Positions 23,525 through 34,660 of a DNA stretch of 64,000 nucleotides are shown piece after piece. The stretch is from the NCBI GenBank assembly GCA_001662655.1, contig KV460220.1; one strand, written 5' to 3'. The stretch's first letter is position 1. Every line of letters starts with the position of its first letter. The notes beneath the pieces were generated by a model. It saw only the letters and a list, made by a program, of their open reading frames with translations. It was not told where the DNA came from and searched no databases. This stretch comes from Pseudogymnoascus verrucosus (lineage: Eukaryota). A program made the position numbers and the translations under genes.

Positions 23525-24715
23525 GGCGTCTCTGCCAGCTGCAAACTGTCGGTTCGAAGCACTTTTACAACAAGTGGGAGTAAGATAGGGAAGAGTTACT
23601 TCCGGCGAAGGGCTTTTGAACATATATACCAGGACGGGAGTTTTTCTTGGCATTGTTGCCTTAATTTTGGCCGGTTGAAAACAAGCGAGTTAGGGTTTTT
23701 GTATATCAGTGTGTGTTTTATTAACTTTTCGCATCTTTGGGCGACGATGATGGGCTTTTTCTGGGATATAAAATAAGGACGCAAGGAGGATGGGGCTGAT
23801 TGAGCGATAACAGTCAGATCTCATCAGTCGATAGGAGGATGGAGTGCTGGCTCTATATAGTACAGTACAGTATAAATACCTAATACAACCATATTACATA
23901 TTACCATATTACCATATAGACAAATCCACTCGGGTGGTAGTCTTGGGAGGCTGTAGACCTACCTGGTTGGTCGTCGCTATGTCGTTATTTTCAATATTTG
24001 GGCCTTCTCTCCCAAGCCGCACATACCATCGCTCTGAATGGTCCAACTATATGCACTCACTGCATAAGCCGGATGGTGTCAGCACAGTTCCTATGAAGAA
24101 ATCCACCAGTGCGTGCAGCACGGTGTGAGGCCATGAACCCGATTCCTTGTCTTGCAGCACGGAGCAACAGCGATGACCACTGCCCTTCTTACCACCTCGC
24201 GCATATCTTGCCACCCTTTTATTTCTCACTGTCCCCCTTCTTACCACCGCCCGTTTTTGTCACCGTCGTCCCCTCTCGCCACTGTGTGCCTTCGTACGTT
24301 TAGTTGGAATCTTCAATACCTTCCTTAACCCTCATCGTCTCCGCCGATCATGATTATTTCATTTCTCACTTCTGCTTTTGCGGCTCCATTTCTCACACGA
24401 CTGCTGCCCTTGCGACTCATAGAAGGGATTCTGCTCGTCGCCGTGCAGTCAATAATAAAATCTCTCCGTCATATTTCTCAGTTAGTCATATTTGCTCCTA
24501 GGTCTCGATAATTCCTGCACCGTGTCAGACAAGTAGATAGCCCAAATTTTTTTTAGATAAATACATATAAACTATCGACAATATGGATTGACCATTGTTC
24601 TATTGTTCTATCTCAGCATCTGTCTATGGTGTTATCTATTAATCGCAGAAAACACGATGGCTCAAAAGCGCTTATACTGCCATCATCACACTCCCAATAT
24701 CATACCCCAGAAACC

Positions 24716-25502
24716 TCAATTTTTCAGCCCACCAATACTCGCCAACTCCCTCTCCTCATCCGCCGTCAACGGAATCTTGCTCCCAGCCCGCCTCTTCGAG
24801 CTCTCCCCCGTCTCCACGAGACTCTCTTGCTTCTCCCCCTCCCCAAACACATAAGAGCGCCACTCGGTATTCTCCCACCCCGTCCCCTTCACCTTATTGA
24901 ATCCCGTCCAATCCTCTGTAATAAAGTGCAAAACCCCCCCATGCGTCACAACCGCAATATGTGCCTCCTGCCCCGTTCGCTCCTCATACTCCTGGCCTAG
25001 CTCCTGCAAAAAGCGCCGCGAAACAACAGCCCGCGCCTCCACCTTCTCCGGCGCAGGACTCCACGGACTCGAGGCACTCTTGTCGTTCCACCCCTCTTTC
25101 ACGCGCGAGAGGTCAACTTTCCCAGCCCATTGCTCGTGCTCGAGAGCCTCGGGCACGCTGCCAGTGTCACAGGGTGCGTCGCTCGTTTCTTGGAGCTCGG
25201 GGACGGCGACGATTTTGAGAGACTTGGGAGGCTCGACGAGCGAGGGGAAGGAGAGGAGGGCTGTGAGAATGGTGCGGCGCAGCGGGGAGGCGACGAGGTG
25301 TGTGATGCGCTCGGTGTGGGGGAAGGAGGCGGCGAGGGCGGCGCATTGGGATTCTCCGTGTTTTGTGAGGAGGGGGTCGGGCATGGAGTGGTTTGCCGCT
25401 GTGAGGTTGTGGAACCCTTGCGCGTGGCGCACGAAGTAGATGGTGGTAGGCACTATGGGGATCAGCGGGGGTTGGAGGGGACTGCGGGAGGGGCAACTTA
25501 CT
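24716..25502 (-). CDS. Histidine phosphatase / phosphoglycerate mutase-like family protein (start codon split by an intron)
   Basis: FVRHAQGFHN catalytic motif, ASPLRRT, ELQETSDAPCDTGS and VVTHGG. ATG = A(25502)|TG(25452-25451) across the 49-nt intron GTAAGT..CTGAT..TAG. Confidence 0.88.
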
Positions 25503-26118
25503 GGTGGAGTGGTAACGTTTGAGGGGCGTTTAATTCGACGAGACTAGCAACAGGAGAGTTGAGTTGAGGGTATTATTTAAATTGAGTGGGAGTATGGGTA
25601 TAGGGGATATATGTACGTTGAGAAAATAAAAATTAGGGAAATGACTCAAGTTGCGTAGTAAGCTACTCGTATCGTATTTTGTCGTGCTCACCAGTGGCAA
25701 CCTTGAAGGCAAGACACAAGGTGGGGTTACAGGACGACAGTGCTCCGGGTAACCCCACCAAGCGTGGGGACGTCCCCATGAGTATAAACAAACAAAATAT
25801 CATCAGAAACCTCACTAAAATTCCATATAGAACAAAATAAATTATCGCACTCACTAAGATGTAGTCTCGTGGCTTCAATAGCCAATAATAATTGGTCAAG
25901 TTAGGTCAACCACTCGACCGACAATGTGGCCCGCGTTATGACGTTATCTTTAACCATAACTAGAGTATACCAGCAGACAGCTTCAAATAGATAGCAACCT
26001 CACTCCTTCCATTCATTTGCCTCTCTCCTCGTGAAATACATAGAATCCAACCTTCGAGATCTTATCCATAGCTTCAATCCACTTTCCCACGCATCACCAA
26101 ACCTCACCCCACCCCACC

Positions 26119-26672
26119 ATGCGCCCCCTCCACCTAGCCCGTTACGCCCGCCTACCTGCCTCGCACACGCGTGCAGTCCACATTCCACCATCCGTCAGAT
26201 CGATCCTCAAGCCCATCATCAAGCCCATCATCAAGGCCGTACGTCCAGAGGAAAAGGAGGAAACCCGCGATACGACCGGCGAGACGCACGAATACACGCT
26301 GTCGAGCGACGATCAGCGCACGGCAAAGGATAAGGAGAGCTTCGATCCGAAGATTACGCGGCCGGAGCTGGAGAGGGATGAGGCGGCGAGAGAGCACGCG
26401 GTGAGTTAGCTTTGATCTATGGAGCCGTTGAAGTGCTGGGAAGCTGTGCTTCTATTTGTGTGAAAGGATGATGCTGAACTGTATAGGCCGATCACAGTAA
26501 TAGTCCCCTTGACTATTCGCCTGCGAATCTAGAAGTGTCGAAGCAATGCCCTCAGACGGAAGACAGAGCAGAAGGTGCGCCGAAGGATAGGAGGCCCAGT
26601 TCTCAAGGGCATCCCAAGAAGGGCAAGGTGGTGCCGAAGGCCCCTGAGGTAAAAACTAGATGGCTGGGATAA
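26119..26672 (+). CDS. Small hydrophilic protein with putative mitochondrial presequence, 2 exons, ~155 aa
   Basis: Arg-rich, acid-free N-terminus, then HEYTLSSDDQ..FDPKITRPE and SPLDYSPANLEVS. Intron 26401-26486 (GTGAGT..TAG) is in phase 0. Stop TAA 26670-26672. Confidence 0.7.
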
Positions 26673-27084
26673 TTGGAAGAGCTTGAAATAGTGGAAATGG
26701 AAGAGGGGTTGGCTATCTTACTTATCACTATATATTATTCAGGTATTGGGAATGTAAATCAGACTGACTTGAGTATGGACGGAGATTGTGAAAGTTTTGT
26801 CAGATTCACAGGATTGGCTAATCTAAGTCTCACCACTCAGAATCCAGACCCCGTCTCTCGTAAACAGCTCTTCGCAAAAACAAGAAACTTTTGAAATGAA
26901 ATTTCTCCAGCCATCCATAATGCACCACCCATAAACTCTCCCACAAAGTTCCATAGTATCCAGATGTGCAAATCTTCCAATCCCTTCAGCACACCTCTTA
27001 TCCGCGAAAGAAAAAAAGAAACCAAGTATAAAACAATTCTCAAAAGTAGCATTGCATATAACATCAACGTCATCCTTTTGGCCA

Positions 27085-30000
27085 TTAGACCGCGCTGGAG
27101 AATAGCGCCTGGATCTGAAGCTCATGAAAGTGGTCTGCAATTCGTTCGCCTCTGGTAGCTGGCGGAGCGTACTCTTCAGGATCTGAGTCGATCTCCAGAC
27201 CATCCAGAACCATAATATGGATAAGTGGCATCCTAAACCCAGGGTTCAACTCATCAGCTTGCCATGCCAAAGTAGACATGAGAACATCTTTAGCTACAGG
27301 AGTGCGAAACTCTTCATCCTCATCGCTGGTGCTGATGAGCATCGTCAACCTCTTCAAATTCGTAAATTTCCAGATAGCGTCTCGGAAAACGCAGTCGTCG
27401 TTGATGAGCCAATCTCGGAGTTTTAGAGTCAAGCCCTGAATGTTGGCGAGATCGACAGGAAGAAGTGACTGCATCATAGGGATAAAATAGCCCGAGCGGC
27501 GAGTGCAGAGGTAAACAGATGATGCCTCGTAATTGATATAAGTTCGCGGTGGAGATGTAACAGTCCCAAGAGCGAGTGAAAAGTATTTCAATGCCTCAAC
27601 TCGTGATTCAGTACAGGTGTCGAGGAGAGGAGGATGTCGAGTGAAGCAGACATATCTTGCTGTGGGCTTTGTACTGCGCACATTCTTGAAGTGCTGGTGT
27701 ACAATCGGAGAATATGGAAGGGCGAGACAAAAGCCCCATATCTTCAAACGAATTTCTGCGGGTAGAAGAGGAAACCGAACAAATTTCCCCTTGGTCTTGG
27801 CTAGAGGTGCCATTGGAACTATCGTTAAGCTCCTACCGATACGATATTAGTCCACACACCCAAACACCAAATAGTATATCTGACAAGTCGAAATGCCCTT
27901 ACCAAGCGCCGCAGTCATATGAGTTCTTTGCCCACTGGCTGGTCTTGGCACCATGTCTTGGTGGCTTCGTGTTTTGAAATCTGGGGTCCTTAGATTTGTA
28001 GATTTGTTGCAACTTCGGATCGTGGACAAAGCCGCACTTATCCTCATTCTCACAGTGGTATCTCCCGCCGTGGAATCGGGGGCAGTATCTCGTGAGCTTC
28101 GAATTGCACGGAGTGTTGTTGACAAAGGGCTGCGAAATATTGCTACTACCTGATTCAATCACCTCCCTTGCTGCAATGGGCTTCGTATTTGAGGAATCCC
28201 GGCTGGTGATTGAAACTACTCGTGATTTGGACCCAGATTTCTTTCCTGGTACCATGGATGTGTTACCGGGTTTTTTGTCCTTTGGCGCTGTGCTATTAAC
28301 AGCTTTATCAGCCCTGTCTCTGAAAACCGTAATAAGGCTAGTCTGAGATCCTCCTGAACTGTTCGTACGTGCGCGTGTGGCTGCTTCTGCATCCCCGGTT
28401 GCAATATGCGCCGCAAAATCTCCCCAAGCAGTTGCGCCTTCGGATTTTGCTGGTGAGGTTGGTTCAATGGATGCAGTTCTGGCCACAACCTTCTTCTCAG
28501 CCAAGTTGCTTGGTTTTTTGGTTTCCTGAGTACATTTCTGGGTTCCATGAGGGAGACCCTTAGCATCGACCTTGGAGATTTCCTGTGCGGAAACTTGGCG
28601 AAGCTTATACTCTCTCAACGTATCGCGAAACTTAACATCATGATAGAATCTACACTCTCTACCTGCCATGCAAGTGTACCCCACGGCAAATTTTCTGCAG
28701 GTGTTCTTCATCACCTGCGCACGAAGACCCTCTTCGTGCTTGAATCTGCAATTATTGGTTCCAGCACTGCAGCGCATGCCAAATAGATAGTTAAAGCACA
28801 GCGGTGCAGCGGTGCTAATGGCAATGGGAATTGTGGCGGTGATTGGAGCCAGCACGTTGGGACGTTCCTGTATATGTCTATGGTTTTCACTATTGGAAGC
28901 CTCGGTCTTATTCGAGCAAGCACCGTCCATGAATGGCATCGAACGGTATGAGCGAACCCCGTTCAGTGTGTCTCGGAGGCCAATATCGTGTCGATATTTG
29001 CACATCTCAGCGTGGCAAGGCAACCCCAGAAGAAAGTTGAAGCAAATGTCGTTTGCGAATCTGGTAGCGTTGCGGAAAACTGTATCGTGGTATAGTGTGC
29101 ATGTAGGCATCCGAGGACATTCGTGGCCTAGAGCAAACTCTAGGCATCTCGGTGCGTTCATAGGGGCGATAGACGAGCCAGAAATCCCCGGGGCAGTCTT
29201 TTGGGCTGGGGTCATCTCCTTTCTATTCTTATTGTGAGTGGCCACGTCATGATAGAGCGTGCAAAATTTCCGATTGTGGCAGAGCTGGCCACTGTTATAC
29301 TCCATGCACGGATTCATCATCGCAGCATTGCGAATCTCCTCATCATGGTATCTGTCGCATTCATTGCCATAGTAACATGGAAATCCGCGGATGTAGTTTA
29401 TGCATAACTCGGCTTTCATGGAGCCAGCTTTAGCCATTGCTGTCCGTCCAAAGTTAACAGACTCATTTGGAACCTGGTGACAAAAGTTACTTTGGATATC
29501 ATCTGGATTGCTCTCGACGTCGTCATTCGAATAATTTTCCGAGTTGATACTTGTCTTCGCAACAGTCGTTGTATGAGCATCTTCAATCAGCTCATTCAAT
29601 GGCTTGCTCACTACCACCCCATCCGATGCAATTGGGAAGGCTGGGCGGCTCAAGAGTCTGGCGCCTGAAACTGCTTCTCCGTATGAACTGTTTGTGACTG
29701 TGGCTTGTCGAGGCACAAACTTGGAGACAATTTCAACTCTGCTTTGAGAAGATGCTTCTTTTGCTCTGATGATATTTTCCTCCTCGAGGGCCATGTCGTC
29801 AGCGGCGATGAATTTGGCTGCATTCAGCCAAGCATTTATGTGTGCTGAATTGTCACGAACGGTGGCCGCCTGTGGGCTTTGATATTTGAAGACAACCGGA
29901 TCTTTTCTGGGAGCATTGGGAAGGCTGCTCAGGGGAGCTTCGTGAATTATACCAAGGCCTAGAGCAGGTTGAACTTGGTCCAAGGGAGATCGAGGCTTAT

Positions 30001-31102
30001 TTGGGCTAGCCTGACGATTTCCAAAGTTTGGCAGGCAAACCCGTGGCTTCTCATAACCGCTGTCGTATGCCGGATGACCGACACCGAGTGGTGTAGGGGT
30101 GTCAGCCGTATTAACACGGCGATGGATAAAGCCCATGACTTTTGCTGTGATGTTGATGGACTTCCGTGAAGCTCTAGATCTTTTGCTAGAGTTGGTTGAA
30201 ATGGACATGTTCTTGACGTCTCTCTCTCCCATAAACGCCCACATCTCATCGGTAATGCTCTCAGGCTTCACGCCCGCACCAGCGTCGAAAGGTAAAAATC
30301 CAGCAGTGGCTGCAATGCCGCCCGCAACGCGGTCAATATTATTTGTAACATCGACAGGAAATCTGCTGATAAAGGCCTGCGCATTTTCTTTGGCTGCGGC
30401 GAGCAATTTGACATGTTGCTCGCGAAGTGGAACAATCCCGGAAGTGAGCATGTCGGTTTTGTATTTGAGAACGCCGTCCAGCTGGTCTTGGCCAACCATG
30501 GCGGTGCTCCCGGCGAGTCGTGGGGTAAAAGACGCAGCAAGAACTGCACGGTGCTGGTTCCATTCATTAAAGCTCAGCTTTCCCGCAGCAGAATCGATGC
30601 TGGACGGTTGACTCGCGTTTGAACTGCTGTTTGAGCTCTTGCGCAAATGCGGATGCACGTAGTCGGTGAGGGGGGTAGTGGCAGTGGACAGCATGCTTGG
30701 CGAGGTATCGGAAGTTGAGGCAGTTTGGGATATTGTTGACTTCGTGAGAATTTGCTTTGGGGAGATAGTTCCAGCTTTGGAAGGAACAGTAAGGCTGGAT
30801 GGTGTTGGCTTTGCTGTGTCGGACATCATCAACGCCTTGTGTGCTTGGCTACCAACTTTCTTCTCGTCTTGCTTCAGGTTCCCCCAATTGATACGAGCTT
30901 CCTCGTCATGGAAGTATCTGCAGTTAGGGCTTTTGTGGCATGGACGGCCCAGTATATAATTTTTGCATATCTGTTGCCCAGACTTCGGCTTTGTCTGCGA
31001 AGTCGAGCGGAGCTGTCGGGGTGGTCCAGCATTTCGAGCCATAGACGAGGCTCTGCCAGATTGACGACCCATTCTGGATCTATCTGTGTGAGTAGAGAAC
31101 AT
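27085..31102 (-). CDS. Multi-CCCH zinc-finger protein with C-terminal 2EXR domain, 2 exons, ~1315 aa
   Basis: Eight C-x8/9-C-x4/6-C-x3-H motifs in ORF 31102-27899. The intron 27902-27833 (GTAAGG..CTAAT..TAG) joins in frame (GAW|SLTIVPMAPLAK) to the ORF carrying FVRFPLLPAEIRLKIW...PPLLDTCTESRVEALK (2EXR pattern). Confidence 0.78.
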
Positions 31103-32381
31103 CGTGGCTCAGAAGGATATAGCTCACGATCAAAGACTGGTGTTGGTTGTTCATTAGTGACTTATCAAAAGAGAGTGAAAGGTCTTTGGGACTTACAGGA
31201 AGATGCAGGTGTGAATCATTACCAGAGGAAAATAACACTAGATGAAATCAAACTCAAGGAGAGAATAGATGGGTATCTTGGTAGAAAGTCTTGGATAACA
31301 CGCAAGAGAAGGCGAGGTATTTGAGATGGGCGTTGGTTGGTGTTTTCGGGAAGTGAATTTGAAATCGGAGTTGAAAAGTGAACTTGAGTCGGAAACCAAA
31401 TCTAGCTGGCTATGTCAGTTATTGGTACAGTTTAACGGTTTCGATTGAATAAAAGCTTCAGAACGCACTTGGTGATGTCCGAAAGAGTTGAGAAGACGAG
31501 TTGAGAACCAAGCTCAAGGGTTGTGCGATCAGAAACTGAAAGCGACGACGTTGATCCAGTTTGTCGGAGTAGGTTAATTTGTGGATTCAGTGATTGAAAA
31601 GGTTTATTGTAGAAGTGTAAGATCAAAAAGGTTAAAGAAGATTGTTCAGAAAGAGGTTGGAAAGAGGTTGAAGAAGGCAAGGAGGAAGTGTGTGGGAGTG
31701 AAAGTGAACGTGAGGGTGAAATTTATTCGCGTGTAGGCAGCCGGGTTACAGGTTAACGCTTCATGAGCGAACTGAACTCAAACGGCTGTGTAGAAGCGGA
31801 TGAAGGAGGCAGCTGGGAGTAAAGAGTAAGGAGGCAGGAGCGTCTAGCGGCTCTAAGCCAAAAATAGTCACTTCACAGAACAGAGCTGTTCAGCCCATCA
31901 CCTTTGGGTTAGCACTCCCCTACTTTATTCTCGATCTTGCCATGCTCCCACTGGGATAACAAATTGATTATCCTGAAATCACAAGTAATTGTGTAATGCA
32001 ACAGTCTCGTCAATGAGCTACACTGCTGATCGAAACCTTTCTTTGCCTTGCACCAGCTTGGTGCAGCTATCGAGATACACTTTAGACAAAAGAAACTCAC
32101 AAACCTTCGATATACTCAAGGGATAAAACCAGGCCAGTGAGAGAACTTTGGAAACATGAGACGCATAAATAACTTAGGGGTATTCAATCACAACAAAATC
32201 AACCTCGAACTGCAGAAAATAGGAAGACATGCTTGATCACAAGGAACACGTAAACCTCCTCTAATTCGTGGTCCCATTTTGGTAGCTTTTCATCTATAGA
32301 TAGACACTATCTATCCATCATACACAGCCATCCCAATTATGATACTGTACATGCCCCCATGCCACCCCGTGATGAACCCAC

Positions 32382-33134
32382 CTAGTAATCGTCCTCCCCG
32401 GTCCCCGCAATAATCACATTATTGATCTTCAACACCATCCTGCACAGCTGCGTCGCCAACATAAGCTGCTGCCTCTTCCCAATGAGCGGATCGATCACAA
32501 ACGCATCCCTCATATCGTTGCTCCCCGTCTGCATGCAGTCGACACCCAGCCTCGAGTTCTTCTCCGTCACCTGTCGGCTCTTGATGCTCGCCAGCGCGGC
32601 AATAGGCGATAAGCCAGAGTTCTCGGCGAGAGTCATTGGGATCTGGTCCAGCGCGTCGGCGAAGGCGCGCATGGCGTACTGCTCCAGGCCAGGCGACGAC
32701 ACAGCGGCGTCCTCGACGGCAATCGAACACGCGATCTCGGCGGCACCACCACCGTACACGACGCGGTTGTCGCGTACAAGGTTGCGTACGACGCAGAGGG
32801 CGTCGTGGAGGGAGCGCTTGGCCTCATCGATGATCTGTCGTTGGTTGTTAGTCACGTGTTTGGGGGTTCAATATGCAGGGGTACAGGGGGACGCACCATC
32901 TTGTTGCTACCGCGGACGAAGACGGTCACAGCGCGGGTGTTGGCGCACTCCTCGATCACGAGCATCTTCTCCCTCGTGGTTCCGAAGCTCATCTCCCTGA
33001 CAACGCCAGCCTTACCCAGCTTCGCCTCGGAGAGGTCCTCGAAGCGTGGCACGATGCGGCCGTTTGTCGCGATGGCGATAAGCTCCATCTCCGGGCCACC
33101 AACCCATCTTACGGCTGGCAGGTCGTTCTGTAAC

Positions 33135-33166
<32 letters not shown>

Positions 33167-34271
33167 CTGGCAGATAACCAGGTTAGCTCCGGTATCCTTG
33201 ATCTGCTTGATCATGTCCGTGAACTTGTCTTTCTCGTAGGTCTGGAGCTTCTTGAACTCCTCCACCGACGTGATGTCCAACTTGTGCTTCGTCTTCGGCT
33301 TCGGGGGCTCGAACGCGCACGTCAGGATCGCAATCTTGGCATCGCGAACCTCGGACGGCATCTGCGGGTGCGAGAAGTCCTTGTCCACAATAACACCCTT
33401 GACCAACAGAGAGTCCTCGAGAGAACCTCCAACCTTGCCGTCCACCTTGATCAACTCGAAGTCGACGTCCTTGCGCTCCAGGTCGGCGACGGAGAGAATG
33501 GCGTCAACTGCGATCTGGGCGAACTGGTCGTGTGCCTTCGAGACAATCTTGCTTCCTAAGCTCGTCCGTGCCACCTTGAACAGGTTCTCCTTGTGATCTG
33601 GCGAAAACTCAATTGTGTCTGCGATCCTGTCCAGCTCTGCAACAGCAATATCACACGCCTGGTCGTAGCCGTCTGCTATCCGGATAGGGTGGATTCCCTT
33701 ATCAATCAGCTCAGCCGCCTGCTCCAACAAAGCACCAGCCAGAACAACAACACCCGTTGTTCCATCACCTATCTCATCGTCTTGTGATTTCGACAGTTCG
33801 ACGAGGAGTTTTGCGACGTGGTTTTGGATCTCCATTTGGCCGAGGATGGTGGCACCATCGTTGGTTACTGTGATGTCTCCGTCTGGGGAAATGAGGATCT
33901 TGTCGAGTCCGCGGGGTCCTAATGAGGTCTTGACGATGTTGGCGACTGTGCGGGCGGCAAGGATATGGGACTTGACAGCTTCGTTGCCATGTTGTCTCTT
34001 CTTCTTTCCTTGGCTGAGGTATGGGTAAGCTTTGACTCCTGATGGAAGGGGTCTGGAGCCGCAGGGAGGACGTACTCTCTAACGACAATAAAAGGTCGGC
34101 CTTGCTCGTCTTTCACGACCTGAGCTATAATACCACACCGTCAGTATAATCGAATGCCGTTTCTATCGGAAGTTTCGTACCCTGGGACATATCGATGTCT
34201 GGAAGCACCACATTAGCAATCCGCACCACAAGCTATCTTCAGGGGTGGGGGGGGGACATACTCATCGCCAT
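32382..34271 (-). CDS. CCT5: T-complex protein 1 subunit epsilon (CCT/TRiC chaperonin), 5 exons
   Basis: Spliced N-terminus [32 protein letters not shown] (micro-exons of 10 and 18 nt). Motifs [51 protein letters not shown] and YGGGAAEI. Confidence 0.97.
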
Positions 34272-34660
34272 CTTGAAGGTCGCAGGAGCTGCTCCTGCAA
34301 ATCAACTAGCTGTAGAGTAATTCGATAAGAGCTTCTAAAGGCGTACAATATGTATCGGTGTGGTAAAACACCTTATATGCTGCTTCGACGCGGCCCTATC
34401 CAGATAAACGCGCCCACTTGAAGTCTCGCCAAAATTTCATATCAGGCAACAACTAGTTGATGCCTTAAAATATAGCCTCGCCGCGCCAAGATACGGGACG
34501 GGAGAGCATAGGGGTAGCTTAGTTTACAGTATAAATCACAATTGGGAACAAAATTTACGGTATTCGTTAGATTCTAGCTTTTAACTATGAATTATGGTAA
34601 TTTCTTATCCTACACGGTAGCAGCATCCGTATCCAACATTTACATGCCGTAAAGCCCAGC

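Noticed and set aside
32422..33596. Long antisense ORFs over CCT5 (similar ones over REI1, HECT and the Mks1-like gene)
   Set aside because: Shadow ORFs caused by GC3-rich codon usage of the real genes.
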